DNA from: Dicyema japonicum
Lineage: Eukaryota > Animalia > Dicyemida
Reading direction: 5' to 3'
Assembly: GCA_011109175.1 (NCBI GenBank)
Contig: RDEW01000028.1
Span: 62,001 to 126,000, forward strand
DNA length: 64,000 nt
Within the stretch, counting starts at the first letter, position 1; each line of letters starts with the position of its first letter. Positions 24,890-37,330 of the stretch are shown here, piece by piece. The position numbers were made by a program, and so were the translations under genes. The notes beneath the pieces were generated by a model that saw nothing but the letters and a program-made list of their open reading frames with translations, was not told the DNA's origin and made no database searches.

Positions 24890-27800
24890 AATCTCAGATG
24901 GAAATTAAAGAACGAAAAGAAGACGAAGTACGTTGAACAAAGCCAGTCAGAACAACTCTTATGTGGACAATCGAATATCAGGAAAATTGGAATGCACGCC
25001 ATGTGAATCATTCGTCCATTTGGACTGCATAAAAATGAGTAAAGCTTGAGCCGAGACACTATCGAGTAAAGCTTGAGCCCCTCTTGTATTGGAAAGGAGG
25101 TCCCCAGGCGGGAAAAATAGCTCAACCAAACTTTACACTCTCACATACTGACCACACTCTCTTGAAGATTTCGAACCTTCGGAAAGCCAGGAAGATCCCA
25201 GTAAAATTCCCTAAAGGAGTACGAATTGCCGCAACAACGTGTCTTTCAGATGCCGTTGATCACACACTGTCCTCTGATAGTTGGGCAAACTTATATGCTT
25301 TGCACCTGTCGAACTCGGAATACCTACAACGGAATCTGAGACAATAATAAAGAAACATACTCCCGGTTCAACTTATCCGGGAAACTGAAACGAAGCATAA
25401 TGAATTTTAGCAGTCATAACTTTTCAATCCTGAAAGAACCACGGAGATTATCATTACCGAATCCGAAGTGCGCCGCGGAATAGCTTCCTTCGTCGCTACC
25501 AGTAGCGGAGGCTTTGAAGGGTCACGTCCTGGCCATATTAAGGACTTTACGTCCACTTACACCTCGGAAGCTGGACGCTGTCTTGTCAAATCAATTACGG
25601 ACCTAATCAGAAATATGGTTAACGGCGACATCCCAGAATATGCCAGAGAATTGCTCTTCTCCGCAAGGCTACTTGCTTTCAAAAAACCAAATGGGGGAAT
25701 CTGCCCCATTGCGGTCGGGAACTATTTCAGAAGACTTGCAGCAAAGTAGCATCGACCCTGGTGAGCTGACAGCTTGGAGAAGAGTTCTTTCCTAAACAAA
25801 TGTGTGTTAGTATCCAGAACGGATGTGAAGCTGCGGTTCGTGCAACAAGGTGTTTCTTCACACAGAAAAATATTTCAAATGAATGCATTGGAATCAAGTT
25901 GGACATAACAAATGCATTCATTTCTCTTAGAAGAGATAAAATTATGGAAACTTGTTGTAAGAGAGCTCCAAAGCTTTTCCCTCTTGTCAAATTATCCTAT
26001 GAGGAAGATACGTCTCTGGTTTTTGAAAATAAAATTATTAAATCAAAAATGGAGGTCCAACAAGGAGATCCGCTTGGACATCTCTTATTTGCCCTGACCA
26101 TTGATGATGTTGTTAGATCAATTGAGCTAAATCTCTGGTATCTCGAAGATGCCACAATTGGAGGATCATTCAAGGAAACGTACGATTCATTACGTAAAGC
26201 GTTACCTGCTTTAAAACACTTGGGCTTGGACATTAGAGCTATTTTTGATTGAGGTGGTGCGTGCCTCTCTTGCACCTATGTCTGCAAAGAATTCAGAACA
26301 ATTTAATGACCTGACTATCCTAACCTTCAATGTCAGAGACCTGAATAACGTGGCTAAGAGGCAGCTTCTATGTTCCGATGTTGAGAAATACCGGGGTTCT
26401 GTATGCTGCCTGCAGGAGATTAAAATAAAAAATGGACTCGATGAAACAAATGCAAATTACAGGTTACTATTGCTTCCCTCGGAAATCGAGGCATTATGGA
26501 CAAGGTTTTGCCATACACAAGGACTATATTCCCAGAGTATATCGTTACTGGAAAGTCAATGACAGAAGCAGTGTCTTACAACTACGTACAAGATCAAACA
26601 GAAATTCGAGGAGACTAAACTCAATTATCAACGTTTCGCACCACACAGTGGACGTATCCTAAAAAATCCGGAAGAACTCGACCTGTTCTACGAGGAATTG
26701 GAATGACATTAACAGATTTCTGTTCATCATACTTATTGTTTATTGCCGGGGACTGGAATGCGAAAGTGGGAACCCGTAGAAAAAATGAAAGCTTCATTGG
26801 CCTTCCCCGGAACCATCTTGGCAGAGTTTTGCCAAGCATTTGATCTGTTCCTATTCTTACCTACCATAGGCTCTGTTAACATTTTCAACCAAATTGACTA
26901 CATCATCTGCCGACTCAAAGAAAAATCACTCCTACATGACTCGAGGTCTTACGGAGGTGCAGCTATCGACAGTGATTACAAGATAGTCTCTGCCAAGTTC
27001 ACAACGAGGACTTTGACTGACCTAATAAGAAGAGAGCCAAACGTAGATGTAAGAAGAAGCTATAAAATAGAACAACTGTGATACTCTACATCGATCAGAG
27101 ACAACTACCAAATATCAATTACGAAATTCCTCCGAAACCTAGATCCCGGACTTCCTCCAGAGGCACAAGGTCGGAGACAATAAAAAGATCCTTTTGGCAG
27201 CAAATGGGAGTATCGGAACCTGGTCCCCAGCACTGTTTAAAAAATGTATACATCCAGATGTTCCTGCCTCATTAAAGAACAAAGGGAACTAAGATTACAA
27301 CTAGAAAATACGTCTGATCCGGACAGGAAACAAGTCTTGAAGTCTAGATGAAGATCCACTCAGAAAACCATAAAGATTTTGAATAAGAAGTACGCCACTA
27401 ACCTTCTTGATCTAAGAGCTGCAGAAGTTGAACAGTTCAAAGACTCATCAAAAATGTTCACTGCAATCCGTCTGCTCAACAACTTAGATCCCTACTAGGA
27501 CTAAACTGACTAGAAAGAATAAACAAGGAATCGCTGTACAAGAGATGTTGCACGGGTCCACTGAGTCTCGAAATTGCTGATATGCTCTGGAGGCAATTTG
27601 GACATATCTTGCGTATGGACTTGGGCGCTCCAGCAAACATAGCAATGGAGGACTACTTCATGAGACAGAAACCGTGTTTTCGTGGAGGCTGGTGTAATGC
27701 ACTACCTGAAACACTTGACGGAGATCTAAAACTCGTGAACAAACGTCTAAGAAATGGGGACGACGAGTTGAGGAAACTCTCTTACGATCGAGGAGGTTGG

Positions 27801-29235
27801 AAGTTAATTCGGAGGATTGTTTTGAATGCTGCACGAGTGAAATTATAATTATTATGATTTTACGAATGTTGCTTATAATAGTAATCAGAGCTAATAAATG
27901 TCTCATATCGACTTTTTCTCTATCAAGGAGTCTTTTTACGAACTGCTTCCTGGGATCCCGACTGTGCAAGTTGATAAATTATATTTCCTCGGATGCTCAC
28001 TCAGCGAAGAAGAACTCAAGAATCATCTACTTTTCCAAAAATGACGAAAAGATTGTCATGTCTCGACTCTCACATCCTTCTTCCTGATGAGAAACAACAT
28101 CGGACAACCCAAGCATTTATATCTAGTCCGATGTTCACCCTGCTACGAACAATATGACACTCTACTTTCGATAGACAAATCTCTCAAACAAACTGTTGAG
28201 TCACTAATTAACGTCCACTTCTATGAACTTGGTTGGAAGTAATGTAAGCTTCCCTCTGGATTTGGGGGTGTCGGTCTAAGATCGGCGCTGGAGGTTGCGT
28301 ACCCGGCATATCTATCGTCTCTCTCAAGCTGCAGCACTTTGAGACAGAAAGTCCTTCATTACACTATTGGACTTCGCTGGAATGGAGTCATTTTGACGAA
28401 GCTTGTCGGAAATGGAACAGGTCCGGACTCAAAATCCCCAAAGACACAACGAAGCAAAGTAATTGGGATAACATTGTCTGCTCCAAAATTTTGGAAGACC
28501 TTAAAAAAGAAGCAAATCAACATCGTCTGGCTTGTTTGGTGTCAGCTTTAAGTAGAGGGAGTGGCTTGGTGCAATACTTGCCCAAACCTAGGGACTCTTT
28601 TGGACGACGATTCTTTGAGGATTGGAATCGGACAAAGGCTAGGACTAGACGTTTGCCATGAGCTCCGATGCCGATGCGGGCAAATAGTCGATGCGAAAGA
28701 TTGCACCCACTGTCCTGCAGAAGAAGCGCCGGACGAGGACCACTTCACGCTGCTCTGAACGATGTGATCGTCAGAGCTCTGAAGGCTACAGACTTCCCAT
28801 CACAGCTTGAACCAGTGGGTCTCGATCGATGAGATGGAAAGAGACCTGACGGGCTGACCCTTTTTCCTTACACATCCGGAAGATCTTTGATCTGAGACTC
28901 AACTTGTGTTGACACATTTTCAAGCATGAATCTTTTCTAATCGGTTCAGACACCTGGAGCAGCTGCTTCGACCTCGGAAAGCCTAAAAATCAATAAATAT
29001 TCCTGTCTCGGGGACCGGTACCGATATACTCCTATTGCAGTCGAGTTATCGGGAGCCGTTGGTCCAATGACGGCTGAGTTCTTGCGCGAACTCGGAGGAA
29101 TGCTTGCCAGAAAGAAAAGGGATCAACGAGAAGGGTTATGGCTGAGACAAAAGATTGGAATGGCCATACTCCGAGGGAACTCGTTCGCGATCCAGGCAGC
29201 CGACATCCTCACTAACATTTGTTTCTTTGTTAAAT
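24890..29235 (+). mobile_element. CRE-like non-LTR retrotransposon (PHD-like motif, RT, zinc knuckle, restriction-like endonuclease), degenerate, interrupted by an RTE insertion
   Basis: SSGGFEGSRPGHIKD, KKPNGGICPIAVGNYFRRLAAK, KLDITNAF, VQQGDPLG, WYLEDATI, CRCGQ, DGKRPDG, ...TPIAVE, WLRQKIGMAILRGN. Confidence 0.9.
26242..27886 (+). mobile_element. RT-less RTE-family LINE inserted in the CRE-like element, 7-bp TSD AGAGCTA (26235-26241 / 27887-27893)
   Basis: 5' motif at 26247-26269, ATGTCT at 26278, endonuclease motifs (TFNVRDL, CLQE, IAGDWNAKVG, NQIDYIIC), jump to C-terminal FGHILRM...PANIAMEDYF. Excising it restores the CRE frame LGLDIRANKCL. Confidence 0.88.
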
Positions 29236-29301
29236 AATTATAAATACATTAATTCAAAATAAAATTAAAATAATTTAAAATTAAAATAACCTTAATTAAA
29301 G

Positions 29302-30916
29302 ATGGAAGAACACGTTTTAGAAGGGATGTCATTAACTCTCCCTCAGCAATATATAAATCAAATAACAAATAATCGTAAATCTTTAACAAAGAAATTCGAT
29401 GTTTTGGTGCGACAAGTACTAAATTTTGTAATTTTTAGAGAAAAGTTCCTAAGGATCCCTGGACTGATAAAGAGATCGAATTATTTCTTTATGAAATTTC
29501 ACTCATGGATTCGAACAATTTCCCCCATCACGTTGGAGGGGGAACGTGAGGGAAGGGTTAAGTCAGATATCATAAATAGGAGATATTTTGGGTTCTTTTG
29601 TGATTTTATTGTAAGCCTAGCACATGGCATTGGTCGCTCAGGTGATGTGACTGCTGTCCAACCGAAAGCCATCGGGTCTTCGTTTTTGGTTAAATTGGCA
29701 ATAGCTTCTCTTTGGACATGATCAGGAGTTGTGGTTTGGGATTCTTTTTTATTTGGGCCTTAAGAAGGCTAACTTTTCCTTTTTGGTACCCCTGTCTACA
29801 GGAATGGCAATCAGTCTCGTGTTCCTATCATTAAGGCAAAGAAGACCTCGATCACAATTCGTCCTGTGGAGCAGAATTGATCAAAAAACGTGCTTTAAGT
29901 GTATCCTTACTGCTGGTTGCTAAGTTGGGGTAACTTTAGGATTCACTCCAGTTGTAGTGGAGCTAGTTAAAAATGGAGACCAACTGCAGACTGATCTCAA
30001 TAAATTTACTGACCTTTTAAACCAAATGGACGCCGAGGATGTGCTTTGTGTGTTTGCCACCACTTCATGTTTCGCCCCCAGAGCCCCTGATAGGTATACA
30101 TAGTTGTTATCAGAATTCCTGAGTTGGCAGAGCTGTGTCGTCAGTTTGGAGTTCCTTTGGTTGTGAATAATGCTTATGGCGTGCAATGCGGTAGTTGTAT
30201 GGGACTCATTAGTCAAGTTAGTCAATTGATTTATTATCAGGGTGCCTCTGTTGGAAGAGTAGATGCTGTTGTCCAAAGCACGGATAAGAATTTCATGGTT
30301 CCCGTCGGGGGGCCATTATTGCTGGGTTTGACCAATCGATTGGCTCAAGTATCGCCGAGACGTATTCAGGTTAGCTATGTGGTTGGTTATATTAAGTAGG
30401 GCTGGAGTTAGTGGTCACTTGGACTTGGTGGTTAGTCTCCTCTCTATTGGATTGGACAGATACAGGGAGTTGTTGGAGGAAAGAAGGGTCGTTTTCAGAT
30501 ACCTAAAGGATGAACTCTCCACTTTGTCATGGAAGTATAACTTGAGAGTTCTTTTCAACTCCAAAGAATTCAATATCGATTGGTTGTATTTAATTGATTT
30601 GGCCATGGCGATTGATAAGACATGTTTGAAGTATCAAACTCATCTGAAATAGGCTCAATGCTATTTTATAGACAAATTTCTGGATGCAGGTTAGGGCATA
30701 AATAATCTGTCAGAGTGGTTGTTCAAAATGGTCCCCGAAGAATATATCAGGTCACATCTTTCAATCTTATGGGTCTCACTGTGATCATTATTCTACTGAT
30801 TACATCACATGTGCTGCTGCTATTGGATTAAACTCCAAGATGTTGAGGACTTTATCAGTACATTGGACACTATTTTGGGTAAAGTTGTTATTAATGCCTT
30901 AATAAATATTACATGA
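29302..30916 (+). CDS. SEPSECS: O-phosphoseryl-tRNA(Sec) selenium transferase, multi-exon
   Basis: [46 protein letters not shown] and the PLP-lysine motif [14 protein letters not shown]. Micro-introns, plus apparent 1-nt homopolymer indels at 29538-29542, ~29700 and 30307-30312. Confidence 0.95.
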
Positions 30917-31363
30917 CTTATTTTTAATGCTCAACAAGTTAGGATACAAGCTGGTTGCATGAAACGGGTAGGTAGAATGACACTATCCTTAAAGGCTTAA
31001 CAAAGTCGAATCACCGGAATTTACCTAATGTTTTTGAGTCTTATGGTAATGAAGACAGAATGGGAGAGGTAAACCATAAGGTAGTCGATAAAAGTTAACC
31101 GTAACAATTAACAATTGTACTACCATTTTCGTGGTGAGAAAAATCCTTATGTGAACATCTCCAAGGAGTTATCCAGTAAAGTGATCATATTTGGTGACAG
31201 CGCGGTCCAAAGTACCTCCTGAGAAGATAAGTAGTATGAAAGAATGAAGATAAGTTAATAAAAAATGGTGATGACTCTTCAATCAAGTAGCCTAGGGAGA
31301 AAATCGAACTTATGACTATTAGTGCGGGCATGGCAACACAACAATCAAACTACTGTGTCACAT

Positions 31364-34300
31364 TATTATTTATATTATAAAGCACAACGTCTTGCCATTG
31401 GAAATGACAAAACCAGTGCAGTACCAAACATTAATTTTTTAGTTAATTTTCTCCACTTTCCACGATCCTGAGCCAAATCCCTCAAGTAGTCCAGGTCATC
31501 TCCCGTAGTTAGAGATAATCCTATTCTCTTCAGGTCTTCATTCAGTGTCGTGGCCAGTGATGCTCTCGGACGTCCTCGGAACTTCACCTCCTCGGTTTGA
31601 AAGTATTCCTCCATGGCAACATTAGCTGGAGTTTCGATATTTCCCCGTAGGATGTGTCCAAATAGGCTCCAACGAAATTCCATGATGTCTAGTGAAATCG
31701 GTTTAGAAGACGTAATAGAGTATAGTTCTTGACTTCTTGTTCTCATACGGTCCCAGCACGAATGAATCTTCCGTAGTTGTCCCCGATGGAAGGAGTTTAG
31801 TTTTTCAATGTCATTTAGGGTTAATGACCAAGAACTTGCATTATATAGGAGTATTGGTTTGACTAACGAATTGTATAGTCGAGTTCTGATCTCTCGATTC
31901 AAGCCCTTCTTTCTTAGAAACCAATTTCTTCTCAAGTTGTATAAGGCCGTATTTGCTTTAATCTTCCGTGCAATGATGTCTTCTTTATCTCCAAGCAGGG
32001 ATCCCAGCTTTTTAACCTTTCGCCAATGCTCTTCCAGAATAGATTCCTTCCTCATCAAAGTTGTCAGCTCTGTCTTGTCTTTGTTGATATTTAGTGACCA
32101 TTTTTCGAATACTCTTGGTGCCGTCTCGAGTAATCCCAATAGGGCCTCCCCATTTTGCGAGACGAAGTCCACATCATCTGCATAAGCTAGGATGCTAGTT
32201 CCCTCCACAATAAAAGGCTTGAGATCCCGTAGCGCAGACTCAAGATATGCAACAAAGAGGAGAGGAGACAATGGATCTCCTTGTGGAGTCCCAGTATTTG
32301 TCGAAAATGGCATGGCTTGAGTATTTCCAATTTTAACAGTTAGTTGTGTTTCAGCCAGTAGTGCCCTAATCATCGAAACTGACGAGGCGTCGAATAGACC
32401 CGTGATAGATTCCAATAGTTTACAACGGTTAACTGAATCAAACGCTTTCGATATGTCAATCCCAAGGATCCCAAAAGATGTTCTAAATCTTTGAATGGTT
32501 GAACATCTCCATTTTAGGCTCCATAAGACGTCTGCCGTTGATCTCCCCTCGCGGAATCCACTATGGTATGGTGAAAGATAGGCTTCCAAATTCTCTCTTA
32601 CACGTTCGAGAGTGATAATAGCCAGGATCTTCCTGATAACATTCATTAGGATGATCGGTCTCAAGTTTGTTACTTTTCCTTTCTGCTTATTTGGTTTGGG
32701 AACCGGAATCAAATAACCCTCTCCAATGGGTAACAACACACGTTCTTCAAACATTTTGTTCATGATCAACGCAATGATTTCGTAGAGGTAATCACCGCCG
32801 TGTTTGAATAGTTCAGGACGTAGTCCATCCGGGCCCGCACTTTTATCAGGTTTCAGCCTTTCACATGCTAATTTCACCTCATAAGGTGCAATTTTCATTC
32901 CCAGTTCACCGGATCCACAAATGAATGCCGAAATCACATTCTGAGTCGTATTTAGCCCCGACTTGAAGTGATCAGTAACCAACTCGGCAATCTCAGATGG
33001 GTTCATTATTCATCTTCCATTTTGGTCGTATAATATAGGGGTACTCTTCTTATTGTGACATTTAAGTAGCCTAATGGCTTCGTAGTATCCCCTGTTACTT
33101 TTTAGCCCTTCCAGGTGCTCTAATTTGTTTAAGGCATCACATCTAGTAGCAGTCCTCACAGCTTTCTTTATTGACTTATGTATTCTTGCTTTTTCTTTCC
33201 TGAGTTCATCTATTGTAAATTTATTCATAGTTTTCTTTCCCTGTATTTGCAGTCGAATTTGCCTTTGCAGTTTGATTAGATTAGAGATATCTTGACTTGC
33301 ACTATTCACATTTATCCAGCTTAGAATCTCCATATACATTTCATCATATGTTTTATGCATCGCCATTGATACGTTTTTCCATACGTTTAAACATGATTGG
33401 TTCGTGTTAATATTCTCCAATTTGTTGGTTATTCGTTTTCTGTATATCTCCTTAATTTGTGGATCTGAGAAATTAATAGTCTTATTGTAGGCGTATTTTT
33501 TGGGTGGGTAGTATTGGAGTGTTTGTAATAGCTTACTCGAAATTTCGCAATGACCATCTTATGGTCAGTGTCAATGGACGAACCTCCGTAAGATCTCGCA
33601 TTTGTCAATAATCTCTTATCTTTGCATCGACATATTATATAATCGATCTGGTTAAAAATATTGATTATTTCTCCGTTCTTTTTCTTGGTTGTCCCACACC
33701 AAGTCGTCATATGTCTTGCAGCGTGAGCGAATGCTGTATTACATAAGAACAAATCGTTTGACCGACAGAAGTTTCCTAACAGCGTTCCAGGAAGGTTTCT
33801 TTTCCCCCTGCTGAATCTCCTCAAGAACGTTTCGTCAGTATCTGTTCTCCTCTCCACCTTGGCGTTCATATCACCAGCTTTAAATAAAAGTGCGGAGTCG
33901 GCCAATTCTAAATATAAATCTGATAAATCTGAGTAGAAGTCATCAAATAGAGCCGGATCTTTGTTAATCCAACCACTGTGAGGTGCGTATACATTGATAA
34001 TGGAGACAATGTCAGTGCTTGCTTTGGCATTCATAAACTTCATTTGTAGAACTCCGATGCGGTCATTAACTGCCCATACTCTGTAGATATGGGGGAAAAA
34101 TTCCATTTTGATGGCAAAACCCAGTCCATAGTGCCTGTTGACAGTCGGAAGAAAGATCAATTTGAATTTACCACATGTTTCTTCGTGGTTATCTTGGATT
34201 TTGGTTTCCTGTAGGCAACCGATTGCGACATCGTAATTATGTAGGTCTTGACAGAGGGAGGTCCTTTTCCAAGAAGGGGTTAGGCCTCGGACGTTGAATG

Positions 34301-34393
34301 AGAGCAGCGAGAATTTCTCCAAAAGATAAGGTTCGTACTTTTCAGACATGTTAATACTTTATTAGAGCCACGTCACCAGCTCAACCAAAAAAA
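31364..34393 (-). mobile_element. Full-length RTE-family LINE with perfect 12-bp TSD ACTGTGTCACAT (31352-31363 / 34394-34405)
   Basis: Endonuclease ORF 33429-34349, linker 33010-33420, RT ORF 31375-33006 (YADD, GTPQGDPLSP). AT-rich (TAA)-type tail and 5' motif at 34365-34386. One frameshift and one in-frame TGA. Confidence 0.96.
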
Positions 34394-34500
34394 ACTGTGT
34401 CACATGGAAAATAAATTAAAAATAATAAACTTTGTTTAATTGTATAAACAATTTATTTTAAAATAAAAATAAATTTGGTAAGTTTTTGTTGCTTATTACA

Positions 34501-34977
34501 ATGAATTCTATACTTTATAAAGCACTTGGTTTATTGTTTTCGAATGATCCAAACTCAACTCAAACACTAAGGAACCTTACATATAACGTTTTATCATGCG
34601 GGAATAACGAGACAGTAGCAGAGCTCATTCAAACACTTCAAGATCAGCAATTAATGGTTGAGGGTGTTGATCCCCCCTCTTTATTAGTTCCCCCATCGGA
34701 TACCCCTGTCGATTCTTCGATTGCTTTTGATATAGCCCAGGATTTTGGATTGACATGTGCTCTATGTAATTCATATTCCAGTACGCCCGATAATCAGTTG
34801 GTTGAATGTACCAAATGTCAGCAACTATACCACCGAAACTGTCATCTCCCTCCTGTAGTTAAATTTGATGTTAGTTCTTGGAAGTGTATTAAATGTCTAC
34901 CATCCACCATTAAGGGTGTCAAGAGATTAAAGTCTAAACTTCCAAACGGAAACAAAAGGAAAGTTAAAAAAATTTGA
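34501..34977 (+). CDS. INTS12: Integrator complex subunit 12-like PHD-finger protein
   Basis: N-terminal YKALGLLFSNDPNSTQTLRNL resembles INTS12 LKALGFLHS...; PHD finger GLTCALC...NQLVECTKCQQLYHRNCHLP...WKCIKC. Confidence 0.8.
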   Translation: MNSILYKALGLLFSNDPNSTQTLRNLTYNVLSCGNNETVAELIQTLQDQQLMVEGVDPPSLLVPPSDTPVDSSIAFDIAQDFGLTCALCNSYSSTPDNQLVECTKCQQLYHRNCHLPPVVKFDVSSWKCIKCLPSTIKGVKRLKSKLPNGNKRKVKKI

Positions 34978-35039
34978 TATTTTTACTAATAAAACTATGT
35001 TTTGTCGTTTTTATTCATCTAATTGATCAGAGGCGGCGG

Positions 35040-35560
35040 TTTGTAGCTTCACACTCGGGGGAAGTTACGATTAAGTGTACACATTCCCTACTGTACCAGA
35101 AACAAGTACTCTCATAACTACAGTTGGGGAAACCCCTTCCAAAGAGTGATACAGTTATTTCAGGGTCGGAGAATAATCTTTTTTATGTCTTCCTGGCGCT
35201 GAATACCTACGAGAAGTGCGGACCACATGTCGCAAATTAATCAAACGAAGGACAAGATAGAAAGAGAACCTAAAACCAAGTAGACACGGGGAAATCGTAC
35301 ACATGATTATAACCACTAAGTTATTTGTTCTTCATAATATCCCGGTGAATAAATAATAATGATAACACCAGATACCACGGTTACACAAACTAACTAATCA
35401 CGTGATCCCAGTACGCTCTAGCAGGGACCTCATCTTGGCCCGATCCTCCTCCCTCGAACCCACACAAGCACGTATCGGTCGATTGACTGGATCTTCGAAG
35501 TCACGACGCCTTGTGCCATGGTTCATTCGTATCATGGCTTCAAGAGGCCGGTGAATAAAG
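35040..35560. mobile_element. Tail-to-tail pair of LINE 3'-end fragments
   Basis: The minus-strand part (35350-35560) ends TGIT* + gattagttagtt and is homologous to 53745-53910. The plus-strand part partly resembles 53925-54060. Confidence 0.55.
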
Positions 35561-35650
35561 GAAATATAATTATGTCAAATTAAATTATTTTAAATATTTT
35601 TTTAATTTTAATATAATTTAAATTACATATAAATTGGCAGCTTATCTTTT

Positions 35651-35961
35651 AATGGACAATATTTTATCATCTGCCTTGTTGTATCATACTGAATGCATAA
35701 ATAGTACTAATAATCAGTATAATGTTAGTTTATAAACAAAATATAAGCAAATCGACCGAGAACATAAAGAAAGCGTTGTCCTTGGTGGAATCAAGCACAG
35801 ATGAGAGGGACAAACAGATAGAACAGTATTTGAAAGAGTCACTAGTGCTTTTAAATGAAGAATCCGATGGAACATTCAGCACTCCAAAAAAGTTAAATAA
35901 AAACGAGGAGTCTACAGATTGCAGAGTATTAAATGTCTCATTTAAAGAAAGGGAAAAGTGA
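35651..35961 (+). CDS. Putative gene of unknown function (5' exons); 3' extent unresolved
   Basis: ATG at 35651 after an AT-rich spacer. A 25-nt GT-AG intron (gtactaataatcagtataatgttag) joins it in frame to ORF 35722-35961, which looks helical (weakly MIT-like). Confidence 0.4.
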
Positions 35962-36699
35962 CAGAATTAACGGGGGGAAGAGCACTCCGAATAACTTTTG
36001 GTCACTATCTTTTGATTAGTGCTTATTTATTGGTCACTTTATGTCAATTTTGTAAAATTCTATACTTGCTTATTTCAATATTATAGTATCACATGGAATG
36101 ATGGCTAATGTGGTAAGATATCCGAACCTGGCTAAGATGAAGCCAATGGGTACTCTTTTGCAGGGTCTGACGTACATATTGATTGTCGAAGTTGTGCATA
36201 TGCAAACTTGTAGCTAGTTCTCTCAGAAAATCTTCTCAAGCTGCCCCTGGAGACTAATATGTTGAAGGGAGTTATTAAGGAAATTGTGCTTAAACGGATC
36301 CAAACTATTACCAAACTTTAAACAAATGTGAAGACTGTCAAGTGTGTCAATTATGGTAAGCATGAGTGGCTCTCAGCACAGAAAGCTTCGGATGAACGTA
36401 GAATTATTGTTGAATCTTGTTCAGCTCAAATTGGAAAAATTTAGAGTGCCATCTGTCGTAAGCTGTACACATAGGGTGATATTTAATATGATTGTGTAAT
36501 GCAGACTGTAGTTTCAATCGTCTTCAAAACATAGAGTGATTGGGAGAATGAGTAAAGAAGTCGTTACTGTAGCTGTAACATGATTTATTAGTAATGTCCT
36601 TGTTTCCGAATAGTCAATACTATGTAAAAATAGTTAATGATTTTATACTGCTAGTAGTATAAGATGACGTCATACGATCCAACTGTTTTAAAATAATCA

Positions 36700-37060
36700 A
36701 AAATTGTGTTCCCAAGGATGAGACAATCATACTCCCCAAGGTCTTCTTTAGTGGTTATGATTGTAGATAGGCATATGTGCTCTCACTTGTGGTCAATGAG
36801 GCTGCATATTTAGTATGATGTCACCATCAAAAGTGAGGACTATTGGGACAACCCTTACCTTAACATGCCGGGTTAAACTCTAATTCTTTAGATAAAATCT
36901 CATATTGTCTATATTTCTCCAATTCAACTGTTATAAATTATCCGTATGGACTTTTAATACGTTTCACTGTTTGGGACAAAATATCAATAGCCATATTTGA
37001 ATTCTTATGGATATTCAGCAACCCCAATCACTTTTTTGACAAAATTCAAAATTTCGTTTT
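36700..37060 (-). mobile_element. R4/Dong-like restriction-endonuclease retrotransposon remnant
   Basis: VELEKYRQYEILSKEL...VRVVPIVLTFDG parallels the C-terminus of 44320-45330. Confidence 0.55.
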
Positions 37061-37204
37061 TCCTCTAAAAAGGGAGATAGTTGGGATTAAAATTTCATTT
37101 TAATAAGACTTAAATATATTTTTGTTCATTTAAAACATTTTTAAAAAATTCTTTGTTCATTGTTCTTCAAAATTATTATTATTTTTTTATTTTTTTTATT
37201 AAAA

Positions 37205-37330
37205 AAAATTTATTAACGAAAGAAATGTTAGTTGAGGAAACCGGCTGCATGGATAGCGAACAAGTTCCATCGGAGTATGGCCATTCCAATCTTTTGTCTC
37301 AGCCATAAGGTTTCTCGTTGATCACTTTTC
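37205..37330 (-). mobile_element. 3' fragment of the CRE-like family
   Basis: gatcaacgagaa...ttatggctgagacaaaagattggaatggccatactccga is nearly identical to 29123-29175. Confidence 0.85.

Noticed and set aside
2618-30312. Calling TMOD, PCYT1 and SEPSECS pseudogenes because of frameshifts (2618-2626, 4959-4961, 29538-29542, ~29700, 30307-30312)
   Set aside because: Each break is a single-base indel in a short homopolymer run, with well-conserved protein on both sides. This is typical of long-read consensus error (the TMOD case can also be solved by a 47-nt intron). Read polishing would decide.
33010-33012. In-frame TGA in the RTE as selenocysteine or programmed readthrough, given the neighbouring SEPSECS
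   Set aside because: It lies in a non-catalytic linker, no SECIS is evident, and a single nonsense mutation in a TE copy is the simpler explanation.
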